From Octopus vulgaris (taxonomy: Eukaryota): a stretch of DNA of 64,000 bases. The stretch spans positions 38,068,001-38,132,000 of the forward strand of contig OX597827.1 of NCBI GenBank assembly GCA_951406725.2, written 5' to 3'. A model generated the notes under the pieces. The model did not search any database and was not told where the DNA came from. It saw only the letters and a list, made by a program, of their open reading frames with translations. The position numbers and the translations under genes were made by a program. Shown in pieces: positions 47,401-62,400 of the stretch (its first letter is position 1; each line of letters opens with the position of its first letter).

Positions 47401-50400
47401 ATTGTAGAATCGTAATGGTAATGGCGATTTTCAAGTTTTAGCATAAGAAGAAGAAGAGGAGGAAAAAGACCGCCAATGGCTGAAAGATGGGAAGAGATGG
47501 GATTACGGCTTGAGGTAGCCTAAGGTTAAATTTTGTAGAGAGAGAGATAGGAAAGATAAATCAAGTTATGGCGAAGGCTTGAAAGTAGCCTAAAAGGTTA
47601 AATTTTCGTAACAATGTATGAATAAACGTAGTAACAACGAATAAAAATAGTAAGATAAATTTTTAAGAACTTGCTGCGGACATCGATCGGGAGTTGAAAT
47701 TGAAGAAGAAAGTAAGTTGAATTGGGAATTTAAATTGTAGAATCGTAATGGTAATGGCGATTTTCAAGTTTTAGCATAAGAAGAAGAAGAGGAGGAAAAA
47801 GACCGCCAATGGCTGAAAGATGGGAAGAGATGGGATTACGGCTTGAGGTAGCCTAAGGTTAAATTTTGTAGAGAGAGAGATAGGAAAGATAAATCAAGTT
47901 ATGGCGAAGGCTTGAAAGTAGCCTAAAAGGTTAAATTTTCGTAACAATGTATGAATAAACGTAGTAACAACGAATAAAAATAGTAAGATAAATTTTTAAG
48001 AACTTGCTGCGGACATCGATCGGGAGTTGAAATTGAAGAAGAAAGTAAGTTGAATTGGGAATTTAAATTGTAGAATCGTAATGGTAATGGCGATTTTCAA
48101 GTTTTAGCATAAGAAGAAGAAGAGGAGGAAAAAGACCGCCAATGGCTGAAAGATGGGAAGAGATGGGATTACGGCTTGAGGTAGCCTAAGGTTAAATTTT
48201 GTAGAGAGAGAGATAGGAAAGATAAATCAAGTTATGGCGAAGGCTTGAAAGTAGCCTAAAAGGTTAAATTTTCGTAACAATGTATGAATAAACGTAGTAA
48301 CAACGAATAAAAATAGTAAGATAAATTTTTAAGAACTTGCTGCGGACATCGATCGGGAGTTGAAATTGAAGAAGAAAGTAAGTTGAATTGGGAATTTAAA
48401 TTGTAGAATCGTAATGGTAATGGCGATTTTCAAGTTTTAGCATAAGAAGAAGAAGAGGAGGAAAAAGACCGCCAATGGCTGAAAGATGGGAAGAGATGGG
48501 ATTACGGCTTGAGGTAGCCTAAGGTTAAATTTTGTAGAGAGAGAGATAGGAAAGATAAATCAAGTTATGGCGAAGGCTTGAAAGTAGCCTAAAAGGTTAA
48601 ATTTTCGTAACAATGTATGAATAAACGTAGTAACAACGAATAAAAATAGTAAGATAAATTTTTAAGAACTTGCTTGCGGACATCGATCGGGAGTTGAAAT
48701 TGAAGAAGAAAGTAAGATGAATTGGGAATTTAAATTGTAGAATCGTAATGGTAATGGCGATTTTCAAGTTTTAGCATAAGAAGAAGAAGAGGAGAAAAAG
48801 ACCGCCAATGGCTGAAAGATGGGAAGAGATGGGATTACGGCTTGAGGTAGCCTAAGGTTAAATTTTGTAGAGAGAGAGATAGGAAAGATAAATCAAGTTA
48901 TGGCGAAGGCTTGAAAGTAGCCTAAAAGGTTAAATTTTCGTAACAATGTATGAATAAACGTAGTAACAACGAATAAAAATAGTAAGATAAATTTTTAAGA
49001 ACTTGCTGCGGACATCGATCGGGAGTTGAAATTGAAGAAGAAAGTAAGTTGAATTGGGAATTTAAATTGTAGAATCGTAATGGTAATGGCGATTTTCAAG
49101 TTTTAGCATAAGAAGAAGAAGAGGAGGAAAAAGACCGCCAATGGCTGAAAGATGGGAAGAGATGGGATTACGGCTTGAGGTAGCCTAAGGTTAAATTTTG
49201 TAGAGAGAGAGATAGGAAAGATAAATCAAGTTATGGCGAAGGCTTGAAAGTAGCCTAAAAGGTTAAATTTTCGTAACAATGTATGAATAAACGTAGTAAC
49301 AACGAATAAAAATAGTAAGATAAATTTTTAAGAACTTGCTGCGGACATCGATCGGGAGTTGAAATTGAAGAAGAAAGTAAGTTGAATTGGGAATTTAAAT
49401 TGTAGAATCGTAATGGTAATGGCGATTTTCAAGTTTTAGCATAAGAAGAAGAAGAGGAGGAAAAAGACCGCCAATGGCTGAAAGATGGGAAGAGATGGGA
49501 TTACGGCTTGAGGTAGCCTAAGGTTAAATTTTGTAGAGAGAGAGATAGGAAAGATAAATCAAGTTATGGCGAAGGCTTGAAAGTAGCCTAAAAGGTTAAA
49601 TTTTCGTAACAATGTATGAATAAACGTAGTAACAACGAATAAAAATAGTAAGATAAATTTTTAAGAACTTGCTGCGGACATCGATCGGGAGTTGAAATTG
49701 AAGAAGAAAGTAAGTTGAATTGGGAATTTAAATTGTAGAATCGTAATGGTAATGGCGATTTTCAAGTTTTAGCATAAGAAGAAGAAGAGGAGGAAAAAGA
49801 CCGCCAATGGCTGAAAGATGGGAAGAGATGGGATTACGGCTTGAGGTAGCCTAAGGTTAAATTTTGTAGAGAGAGAGATAGGAAAGATAAATCAAGTTAT
49901 GGCGAAGGCTTGAAAGTAGCCTAAAAGGTTAAATTTTCGTAACAATGTATGAATAAACGTAGTAACAACGAATAAAAATAGTAAGATAAATTTTTAAGAA
50001 CTTGCTGCGGACATCGATCGGGAGTTGAAATTGAAGAAGAAAGTAAGTTGAATTGGGAATTTAAATTGTAGAATCGTAATGGTAATGGCGATTTTCAAGT
50101 TTTAGCATAAGAAGAAGAAGAGGAGGAAAAAGACCGCCAATGGCTGAAAGATGGGAAGAGATGGGATTACGGCTTGAGGTAGCCTAAGGTTAAATTTTGT
50201 AGAGAGAGAGATAGGAAAGATAAATCAAGTTATGGCGAAGGCTTGAAAGTAGCCTAAAAGGTTAAATTTTCGTAACAATGTATGAATAAACGTAGTAACA
50301 ACGAATAAAAATAGTAAGATAAATTTTTAAGAACTTGCTGCGGACATCGATCGGGAGTTGAAATTGAAGAAGAAAGTAAGTTGAATTGGGAATTTAAATT

Positions 50401-53400
50401 GTAGAATCGTAATGGTAATGGCGATTTTCAAGTTTTAGCATAAGAAGAAGAAGAGGAGGAAAAAGACCGCCAATGGCTGAAAGATGGGAAGAGATGGGAT
50501 TACGGCTTGAGGTAGCCTAAGGTTAAATTTTGTAGAGAGAGAGATAGGAAAGATAAATCAAGTTATGGCGAAGGCTTGAAAGTAGCCTAAAAGGTTAAAT
50601 TTTCGTAACAATGTATGAATAAACGTAGTAACAACGAATAAAAATAGTAAGATAAATTTTTAAGAACTTGCTGCGGACATCGATCGGGAGTTGAAATTGA
50701 AGAAGAAAGTAAGTTGAATTGGGAATTTAAATTGTAGAATCGTAATGGTAATGGCGATTTTCAAGTTTTAGCATAAGAAGAAGAAGAGGAGGAAAAAGAC
50801 CGCCAATGGCTGAAAGATGGGAAGAGATGGGATTACGGCTTGAGGTAGCCTAAGGTTAAATTTTGTAGAGAGAGAGATAGGAAAGATAAATCAAGTTATG
50901 GCGAAGGCTTGAAAGTAGCCTAAAAGGTTAAATTTTCGTAACAATGTATGAATAAACGTAGTAACAACGAATAAAAATAGTAAGATAAATTTTTAAGAAC
51001 TTGCTGCGGACATCGATCGGGAGTTGAAATTGAAGAAGAAAGTAAGTTGAATTGGGAATTTAAATTGTAGAATCGTAATGGTAATGGCGATTTTCAAGTT
51101 TTAGCATAAGAAGAAGAAGAGGAGGAAAAAGACCGCCAATGGCTGAAAGATGGGAAGAGATGGGATTACGGCTTGAGGTAGCCTAAGGTTAAATTTTGTA
51201 GAGAGAGAGATAGGAAAGATAAATCAAGTTATGGCGAAGGCTTGAAAGTAGCCTAAAAGGTTAAATTTTCGTAACAATGTATGAATAAACGTAGTAACAA
51301 CGAATAAAAATAGTAAGATAAATTTTTAAGAACTTGCTGCGGACATCGATCGGGAGTTGAAATTGAAGAAGAAAGTAAGTTGAATTGGGAATTTAAATTG
51401 TAGAATCGTAATGGTAATGGCGATTTTCAAGTTTTAGCATAAGAAGAAGAAGAGGAGGAAAAAGACCGCCAATGGCTGAAAGATGGGAAGAGATGGGATT
51501 ACGGCTTGAGGTAGCCTAAGGTTAAATTTTGTAGAGAGAGAGATAGGAAAGATAAATCAAGTTATGGCGAAGGCTTGAAAGTAGCCTAAAAGGTTAAATT
51601 TTCGTAACAATGTATGAATAAACGTAGTAACAACGAATAAAAATAGTAAGATAAATTTTTAAGAACTTGCTTGCGGACATCGATCGGGAGTTGAAATTGA
51701 AGAAGAAAGTAAGTTGAATTGGGAATTTAAATTGTAGAATCGTAATGGTAATGGCGATTTTCAAGTTTTAGCATAAGAAGAAGAAGAGGAGGAAAAAGAC
51801 CGCCAATGGCTGAAAGATGGGAAGAGATGGGATTACGGCTTGAGGTAGCCTAAGGTTAAATTTTGTAGAGAGAGAGATAGGAAAGATAAATCAAGTTATG
51901 GCGAAGGCTTGAAAGTAGCCTAAAAGGTTAAATTTTCGTAACAATGTATGAATAAACGTAGTAACAACGAATAAAAATAGTAAGATAAATTTTTAAGAAC
52001 TTGCTGCGGACATCGATCGGGAGTTGAAATTGAAGAAGAAAGTAAGTTGAATTGGGAATTTAAATTGTAGAATCGTAATGGTAATGGCGATTTTCAAGTT
52101 TTAGCATAAGAAGAAGAAGAGGAGGAAAAAGACCGCCAATGGCTGAAAGATGGGAAGAGATGGGATTACGGCTTGAGGTAGCCTAAGGTTAAATTTTGTA
52201 GAGAGAGAGATAGGAAAGATAAATCAAGTTATGGCGAAGGCTTGAAAGTAGCCTAAAAGGTTAAATTTTCGTAACAATGTATGAATAAACGTAGTAACAA
52301 CGAATAAAAATAGTAAGATAAATTTTTAAGAACTTGCTGCGGACATCGATCGGGAGTTGAAATTGAAGAAGAAAGTAAGTTGAATTGGGAATTTAAATTG
52401 TAGAATCGTAATGGTAATGGCGATTTTCAAGTTTTAGCATAAGAAGAAGAAGAGGAGGAAAAAGACCGCCAATGGCTGAAAGATGGGAAGAGATGGGATT
52501 ACGGCTTGAGGTAGCCTAAGGTTAAATTTTGTAGAGAGAGAGATAGGAAAGATAAATCAAGTTATGGCGAAGGCTTGAAAGTAGCCTAAAAGGTTAAATT
52601 TTCGTAACAATGTATGAATAAACGTAGTAACAACGAATAAAAATAGTAAGATAAATTTTTAAGAACTTGCTGCGGACATCGATCGGGAGTTGAAATTGAA
52701 GAAGAAAGTAAGTTGAATTGGGAATTTAAATTGTAGAATCGTAATGGTAATGGCGATTTTCAAGTTTTAGCATAAGAAGAAGAGGAGGAAAAAGACCGCC
52801 AATGGCTGAAAGATGGGAAGAGATGGGATTACGGCTTGAGGTAGCCTAAGGTTAAATTTTGTAGAGAGAGAGATAGGAAAGATAAATCAAGTTATGGCGA
52901 AGGCTTGAAAGTAGCCTAAAAGGTTAAATTTTCGTAACAATGTATGAATAAACGTAGTAACAACGAATAAAAATAGTAAGATAAATTTTTAAGAACTTGC
53001 TTGCGGACATCGATCGGGAGTTGAAATTGAAGAAGAAAGTAAGTTGAATTGGGAATTTAAATTGTAGAATCGTAATGGTAATGGCGATTTTCAAGTTTTA
53101 GCATAAGAAGAAGAAGAGGAGGAAAAAGACCGCCAATGGCTGAAAGATGGGAAGAGATGGGATTACGGCTTGAGGTAGCCTAAGGTTAAATTTTGTAGAG
53201 AGAGAGATAGGAAAGATAAATCAAGTTATGGCGAAGGCTTGAAAGTAGCCTAAAAGGTTAAATTTTCGTAACAATGTATGAATAAACGTAGTAACAACGA
53301 ATAAAAATAGTAAGATAAATTTTTAAGAACTTGCTGCGGACATCGATCGGGAGTTGAAATTGAAGAAGAAAGTAAGTTGAATTGGGAATTTAAATTGTAG

Positions 53401-56400
53401 AATCGTAATGGTAATGGCGATTTTCAAGTTTTAGCATAAGAAGAAGAAGAGGAGGAAAAGACCGCCAATGGCTGAAAGATGGGAAGAGATGGGATTACGG
53501 CTTGAGGTAGCCTAAGGTTAAATTTTGTAGAGAGAGAGATAGGAAAGATAAATCAAGTTATGGCGAAGGCTTGAAAGTAGCCTAAAAGGTTAAATTTTCG
53601 TAACAATGTATGAATAAACGTAGTAACAACGAATAAAAATAGTAAGATAAATTTTTAAGAACTTGCTGCGGACATCGATCGGGAGTTGAAATTGAAGAAG
53701 AAAGTAAGTTGAATTGGGAATTTAAATTGTAGAATCGTAATGGTAATGGCGATTTTCAAGTTTTAGCATAAGAAGAAGAAGAGGAGGAAAAAGACCGCCA
53801 ATGGCTGAAAGATGGGAAGAGATGGGATTACGGCTTGAGGTAGCCTAAGGTTAAATTTTGTAGAGAGAGAGATAGGAAAGATAAATCAAGTTATGGCGAA
53901 GGCTTGAAAGTAGCCTAAAAGGTTAAATTTTCGTAACAATGTATGAATAAACGTAGTAACAACGAATAAAAATAGTAAGATAAATTTTTAAGAACTTGCT
54001 GCGGACATCGATCGGGAGTTGAAATTGAAGAAGAAAGTAAGTTGAATTGGGAATTTAAATTGTAGAATCGTAATGGTAATGGCGATTTTCAAGTTTTAGC
54101 ATAAGAAGAAGAAGAGGAGGAAAAAGACCGCCAATGGCTGAAAGATGGGAAGAGATGGGATTACGGCTTGAGGTAGCCTAAGGTTAAATTTTGTAGAGAG
54201 AGAGATAGGAAAGATAAATCAAGTTATGGCGAAGGCTTGAAAGTAGCCTAAAAGGTTAAATTTTCGTAACAATGTATGAATAAACGTAGTAACAACGAAT
54301 AAAAATAGTAAGATAAATTTTTAAGAACTTGCTGCGGACATCGATCGGGAGTTGAAATTGAAGAAGAAAGTAAGTTGAATTGGGAATTTAAATTGTAGAA
54401 TCGTAATGGTAATGGCGATTTTCAAGTTTTAGCATAAGAAGAAGAAGAGGAGGAAAAGACCGCCAATGGCTGAAAGATGGGAAGAGATGGGATTACGGCT
54501 TGAGGTAGCCTAAGGTTAAATTTTGTAGAGAGAGAGATAGGAAAGATAAATCAAGTTATGGCGAAGGCTTGAAAGTAGCCTAAAAGGTTAAATTTTCGTA
54601 ACAATGTATGAATAAACGTAGTAACAACGAATAAAAATAGTAAGATAAATTTTTAAGAACTTGCTGCGGACATCGATCGGGAGTTGAAATTGAAGAAGAA
54701 AGTAAGTTGAATTGGGAATTTAAATTGTAGAATCGTAATGGTAATGGCGATTTTCAAGTTTTAGCATAAGAAGAAGAAGAGGAGGAAAAAGACCGCCAAT
54801 GGCTGAAAGATGGGAAGAGATGGGATTACGGCTTGAGGTAGCCTAAGGTTAAATTTTGTAGAGAGAGAGATAGGAAAGATAAATCAAGTTATGGCGAAGG
54901 CTTGAAAGTAGCCTAAAAGGTTAAATTTTCGTAACAATGTATGAATAAACGTAGTAACAACGAATAAAAATAGTAAGATAAATTTTTAAGAACTTGCTGC
55001 GGACATCGATCGGGAGTTGAAATTGAAGAAGAAAGTAAGTTGAATTGGGAATTTAAATTGTAGAATCGTAATGGTAATGGCGATTTTCAAGTTTTAGCAT
55101 AAGAAGAAGAAGAGGAGGAAAAGACCGCCAATGGCTGAAAGATGGGAAGAGATGGGATTACGGCTTGAGGTAGCCTAAGGTTAAATTTTGTAGAGAGAGA
55201 GATAGGAAAGATAAATCAAGTTATGGCGAAGGCTTGAAAGTAGCCTAAAAGGTTAAATTTTCGTAACAATGTATGAATAAACGTAGTAACAACGAATAAA
55301 AATAGTAAGATAAATTTTTAAGAACTTGCTGCGGACATCGATCGGGAGTTGAAATTGAAGAAGAAAGTAAGTTGAATTGGGAATTTAAATTGTAGAATCG
55401 TAATGGTAATGCGATTTTCAAGTTTTAGCATAAGAAGAAGAAGAGGAGGAAAAAGACCGCCAATGGCTGAAAGATGGGAAGAGATGGGATTACGGCTTGA
55501 GGTAGCCTAAGGTTAAATTTTGTAGAGAGAGAGATAGGAAAGATAAATCAAGTTATGGCGAAGGCTTGAAAGTAGCCTAAAAGGTTAAATTTTCGTAACA
55601 ATGTATGAATAAACGTAGTAACAACGAATAAAAATAGTAAGATAAATTTTTAAGAACTTGCTGCGGACATCGATCGGGAGTTGAAATTGAAGAAGAAAGT
55701 AAGTTGAATTGGGAATTTAAATTGTAGAATCGTAATGGTAATGGCGATTTTCAAGTTTTAGCATAAGAAGAAGAAGAGGAGGAAAAGACCGCCAATGGCT
55801 GAAAGATGGGAAGAGATGGGATTACGGCTTGAGGTAGCCTAAGGTTAAATTTTGTAGAGAGAGAGATAGGAAAGATAAATCAAGTTATGGCGAAGGCTTG
55901 AAAGTAGCCTAAAAGGTTAAATTTTCGTAACAATGTATGAATAAACGTAGTAACAACGAATAAAAATAGTAAGATAAATTTTTAAGAACTTGCTGCGGAC
56001 ATCGATCGGGAGTTGAAATTGAAGAAGAAAGTAAGTTGAATTGGGAATTTAAATTGTAGAATCGTAATGGTAATGGCGATTTTCAAGTTTTAGCATAAGA
56101 AGAAGAAGAGGAGGAAAAGACCGCCAATGGCTGAAAGATGGGAAGAGATGGGATTACGGCTTGAGGTAGCCTAAGGTTAAATTTTGTAGAGAGAGAGATA
56201 GGAAAGATAAATCAAGTTATGGCGAAGGCTTGAAAGTAGCCTAAAAGGTTAAATTTTCGTAACAATGTATGAATAAACGTAGTAACAACGAATAAAAATA
56301 GTAAGATAAATTTTTAAGAACTTGCTGCGGACATCGATCGGGAGTTGAAATTGAAGAAGAAAGTAAGTTGAATTGGGAATTTAAATTGTAGAATCGTAAT

Positions 56401-59400
56401 GGTAATGGCGATTTTCAAGTTTTAGCATAAGAAGAAGAAGAGGAGGAAAAAGACCGCCAATGGCTGAAAGATGGGAAGAGATGGGATTACGGCTTGAGGT
56501 AGCCTAAGGTTAAATTTTGTAGAGAGAGAGATAGGAAAGATAAATCAAGTTATGGCGAAGGCTTGAAAGTAGCCTAAAAGGTTAAATTTTCGTAACAATG
56601 TATGAATAAACGTAGTAACAACGAATAAAAATAGTAAGATAAATTTTTAAGAACTTGCTGCGGACATCGATCGGGAGTTGAAATTGAAGAAGAAAGTAAG
56701 TTGAATTGGGAATTTAAATTGTAGAATCGTAATGGTAATGGCGATTTTCAAGTTTTAGCATAAGAAGAAGAAGAGGAGGAAAAAGACCGCCAATGGCTGA
56801 AAGATGGGAAGAGATGGGATTACGGCTTGAGGTAGCCTAAGGTTAAATTTTGTAGAGAGAGAGATAGGAAAGATAAATCAAGTTATGGCGAAGGCTTGAA
56901 AGTAGCCTAAAAGGTTAAATTTTCGTAACAATGTATGAATAAACGTAGTAACAACGAATAAAAATAGTAAGATAAATTTTTAAGAACTTGCTGCGGACAT
57001 CGATCGGGAGTTGAAATTGAAGAAGAAAGTAAGTTGAATTGGGAATTTAAATTGTAGAATCGTAATGGTAATGGCGATTTTCAAGTTTTAGCATAAGAAG
57101 AAGAAGAGGAGGAAAAAGACCGCCAATGGCTGAAAGATGGGAAGAGATGGGATTACGGCTTGAGGTAGCCTAAGGTTAAATTTTGTAGAGAGAGATAGGA
57201 AAGATAAATCAAGTTATGGCGAAGGCTTGAAAGTAGCCTAAAAGGTTAAATTTTCGTAACAATGTATGAATAAACGTAGTAACAACGAATAAAAATAGTA
57301 AGATAAATTTTTAAGAACTTGCTGCGGACATCGATCGGGAGTTGAAATTGAAGAAGAAAGTAAGTTGAATTGGGAATTTAAATTGTAGAATCGTAATGGT
57401 AATGGCGATTTTCAAGTTTTAGCATAAGAAGAAGAAGAGGAGGAAAAAGACCGCCAATGGCTGAAAGATGGGAAGAGATGGGATTACGGCTTGAGGTAGC
57501 CTAAGGTTAAATTTTGTAGAGAGAGAGATAGGAAAGATAAATCAAGTTATGGCGAAGGCTTGAAAGTAGCCTAAAAGGTTAAATTTTCGTAACAATGTAT
57601 GAATAAACGTAGTAACAACGAATAAAAATAGTAAGATAAATTTTTAAGAACTTGCTGCGGACATCGATCGGGAGTTGAAATTGAAGAAGAAAGTAAGTTG
57701 AATTGGGAATTTAAATTGTAGAATCGTAATGGTAATGGCGATTTTCAAGTTTTAGCATAAGAAGAAGAAGAGGAGGAAAAAGACCGCCAATGGCTGAAAG
57801 ATGGGAAGAGATGGGATTACGGCTTGAGGTAGCCTAAGGTTAAATTTTGTAGAGAGAGAGATAGGAAAGATAAATCAAGTTATGGCGAAGGCTTGAAAGT
57901 AGCCTAAAAGGTTAAATTTTCGTAACAATGTATGAATAAACGTAGTAACAACGAATAAAAATAGTAAGATAAATTTTTAAGAACTTGCTGCGGACATCGA
58001 TCGGGAGTTGAAATTGAAGAAGAAAGTAAGTTGAATTGGGAATTTAAATTGTAGAATCGTAATGGTAATGGCGATTTTCAAGTTTTAGCATAAGAAGAAG
58101 AAGAGGAGGAAAAAGACCGCCAATGGCTGAAAGATGGGAAGAGATGGGATTACGGCTTGAGGTAGCCTAAGGTTAAATTTTGTAGAGAGAGAGATAGGAA
58201 AGATAAATCAAGTTATGGCGAAGGCTTGAAAGTAGCCTAAAAGGTTAAATTTTCGTAACAATGTATGAATAAACGTAGTAACAACGAATAAAAATAGTAA
58301 GATAAATTTTTAAGAACTTGCTGCGGACATCGATCGGGAGTTGAAATTGAAGAAGAAAGTAAGTTGAATTGGGAATTTAAATTGTAGAATCGTAATGGTA
58401 ATGGCGATTTTCAAGTTTTAGCATAAGAAGAAGAAGAGGAGGAAAAAGACCGCCAATGGCTGAAAGATGGGAAGAGATGGGATTACGGCTTGAGGTAGCC
58501 TAAGGTTAAATTTTGTAGAGAGAGAGATAGGAAAGATAAATCAAGTTATGGCGAAGGCTTGAAAGTAGCCTAAAAGGTTAAATTTTCGTAACAATGTATG
58601 AATAAACGTAGTAACAACGAATAAAAATAGTAAGATAAATTTTTAAGAACTTGCTGCGGACATCGATCGGGAGTTGAAATTGAAGAAGAAAGTAAGTTGA
58701 ATTGGGAATTTAAATTGTAGAATCGTAATGGTAATGGCGATTTTCAAGTTTTAGCATAAGAAGAAGAAGAGGAGGAAAAAAGACCGCCAATGGCTGAAAG
58801 ATGGGAAGAGATGGGATTACGGCTTGAGGTAGCCTAAGGTTAAATTTTGTAGAGAGAGAGATAGGAAAGATAAATCAAGTTATGGCGAAGGCTTGAAAGT
58901 AGCCTAAAAGGTTAAATTTTCGTAACAATGTATGAATAAACGTAGTAACAACGAATAAAAATAGTAAGATAAATTTTTAAGAACTTGCTGCGGACATCGA
59001 TCGGGAGTTGAAATTGAAGAAGAAAGTAAGTTGAATTGGGAATTTAAATTGTAGAATCGTAATGGTAATGGCGATTTTCAAGTTTTAGCATAAGAAGAAG
59101 AAGAGGAGGAAAAAGACCGCCAATGGCTGAAAGATGGGAAGAGATGGGATTACGGCTTGAGGTAGCCTAAGGTTAAATTTTGTAGAGAGAGAGATAGGAA
59201 AGATAAATCAAGTTATGGCGAAGGCTTGAAAGTAGCCTAAAAGGTTAAATTTTCGTAACAATGTATGAATAAACGTAGTAACAACGAATAAAAATAGTAA
59301 GATAAATTTTTAAGAACTTGCTGCGGACATCGATCGGGAGTTGAAATTGAAGAAGAAAGTAAGTTGAATTGGGAATTTAAATTGTAGAATCGTAATGGTA

Positions 59401-62400
59401 ATGGCGATTTTCAAGTTTTAGCATAAGAAGAAGAAGAGGAGGAAAAAGACCGCCAATGGCTGAAAGATGGGAAGAGATGGGATTACGGCTTGAGGTAGCC
59501 TAAGGTTAAATTTTGTAGAGAGAGAGATAGGAAAGATAAATCAAGTTATGGCGAAGGCTTGAAAGTAGCCTAAAAGGTTAAATTTTCGTAACAATGTATG
59601 AATAAACGTAGTAACAACGAATAAAAATAGTAAGATAAATTTTTAAGAACTTGCTGCGGACATCGATCGGGAGTTGAAATTGAAGAAGAAAGTAAGTTGA
59701 ATTGGGAATTTAAATTGTAGAATCGTAATGGTAATGGCGATTTTCAAGTTTTAGCATAAGAAGAAGAAGAGGAGGAAAAAGACCGCCAATGGCTGAAAGA
59801 TGGGAAGAGATGGGATTACGGCTTGAGGTAGCCTAAGGTTAAATTTTGTAGAGAGAGAGATAGGAAAGATAAATCAAGTTATGGCGAAGGCTTGAAAGTA
59901 GCCTAAAAGGTTAAATTTTCGTAACAATGTATGAATAAACGTAGTAACAACGAATAAAAATAGTAAGATAAATTTTTAAGAACTTGCTTGCGGACATCGA
60001 TCGGGAGTTGAAATTGAAGAAGAAAGTAAGTTGAATTGGGAATTTAAATTGTAGAATCGTAATGGTAATGGCGATTTTCAAGTTTTAGCATAAGAAGAAG
60101 AAGAGGAGGAAAAAGACCGCCAATGGCTGAAAGATGGGAAGAGATGGGATTACGGCTTGAGGTAGCCTAAGGTTAAATTTTGTAGAGAGAGAGATAGGAA
60201 AGATAAATCAAGTTATGGCGAAGGCTTGAAAGTAGCCTAAAAGGTTAAATTTTCGTAACAATGTATGAATAAACGTAGTAACAACGAATAAAAATAGTAA
60301 GATAAATTTTTAAGAACTTGCTGCGGACATCGATCGGGAGTTGAAATTGAAGAAGAAAGTAAGTTGAATTGGGAATTTAAATTGTAGAATCGTAATGGTA
60401 ATGGCGATTTTCAAGTTTTAGCATAAGAAGAAGAAGAGGAGGAAAAAGACCGCCAATGGCTGAAAGATGGGAAGAGATGGGATTACGGCTTGAGGTAGCC
60501 TAAGGTTAAATTTTGTAGAGAGAGAGATAGGAAAGATAAATCAAGTTATGGCGAAGGCTTGAAAGTAGCCTAAAAGGTTAAATTTTCGTAACAATGTATG
60601 AATAAACGTAGTAACAACGAATAAAAATAGTAAGATAAATTTTTAAGAACTTGCTGCGGACATCGATCGGGAGTTGAAATTGAAGAAGAAAGTAAGTTGA
60701 ATTGGGAATTTAAATTGTAGAATCGTAATGGTAATGGCGATTTTCAAGTTTTAGCATAAGAAGAAGAAGAGGAGGAAAAAGACCGCCAATGGCTGAAAGA
60801 TGGGAAGAGATGGGATTACGGCTTGAGGTAGCCTAAGGTTAAATTTTGTAGAGAGAGAGATAGGAAAGATAAATCAAGTTATGGCGAAGGCTTGAAAGTA
60901 GCCTAAAAGGTTAAATTTTCGTAACAATGTATGAATAAACGTAGTAACAACGAATAAAAATAGTAAGATAAATTTTTAAGAACTTGCTGCGGACATCGAT
61001 CGGGAGTTGAAATTGAAGAAGAAAGTAAGTTGAATTGGGAATTTAAATTGTAGAATCGTAATGGTAATGGCGATTTTCAAGTTTTAGCATAAGAAGAAGA
61101 AGAGGAGGAAAAAGACCGCCAATGGCTGAAAGATGGGAAGAGATGGGATTACGGCTTGAGGTAGCCTAAGGTTAAATTTTGTAGAGAGAGAGATAGGAAA
61201 GATAAATCAAGTTATGGCGAAGGCTTGAAAGTAGCCTAAAAGGTTAAATTTTCGTAACAATGTATGAATAAACGTAGTAACAACGAATAAAAATAGTAAG
61301 ATAAATTTTTAAGAACTTGCTGCGGACATCGATCGGGAGTTGAAATTGAAGAAGAAAGTAAGTTGAATTGGGAATTTAAATTGTAGAATCGTAATGGTAA
61401 TGGCGATTTTCAAGTTTTAGCATAAGAAGAAGAAGAGGAGGAAAAAGACCGCCAATGGCTGAAAGATGGGAAGAGATGGGATTACGGCTTGAGGTAGCCT
61501 AAGGTTAAATTTTGTAGAGAGAGAGATAGGAAAGATAAATCAAGTTATGGCGAAGGCTTGAAAGTAGCCTAAAAGGTTAAATTTTCGTAACAATGTATGA
61601 ATAAACGTAGTAACAACGAATAAAAATAGTAAGATAAATTTTTAAGAACTTGCTGCGGACATCGATCGGGAGTTGAAATTGAAGAAGAAAGTAAGTTGAA
61701 TTGGGAATTTAAATTGTAGAATCGTAATGGTAATGGCGATTTTCAAGTTTTAGCATAAGAAGAAGAAGAGGAGGAAAAAGACCGCCAATGGCTGAAAGAT
61801 GGGAAGAGATGGGATTACGGCTTGAGGTAGCCTAAGGTTAAATTTTGTAGAGAGAGAGATAGGAAAGATAAATCAAGTTATGGCGAAGGCTTGAAAGTAG
61901 CCTAAAAGGTTAAATTTTCGTAACAATGTATGAATAAACGTAGTAACAACGAATAAAAATAGTAAGATAAATTTTTAAGAACTTGCTGCGGACATCGATC
62001 GGGAGTTGAAATTGAAGAAGAAAGTAAGTTGAATTGGGAATTTAAATTGTAGAATCATAATGGTAATGGCGATTTTCAAGTTTTAGCATAAGAAGAAGAA
62101 GAGGAGGAAAAAGACCGCCAATGGCTGAAAGATGGGAAGAGATGGGATTACGGCTTGAGGTAGCCTAAGGTTAAATTTTGTAGAGAGATAGGAAAGATAA
62201 ATCAAGTTATGGCGAAGGCTTGAATGTAGCCTAAAAGGTTAAATTTTCGTAACAATGTATGAATAAACGTAGTAACAACGAATAAAAATAGTAAGATAAA
62301 TTTTTAAGAACTTGCTGCGGACATCGATCGGGAGTTGAAATTGAAGAAGAAAGTAAGTTGAATTGGGAATTTAAATTGTAGAATCGTAATGGTAATGGCG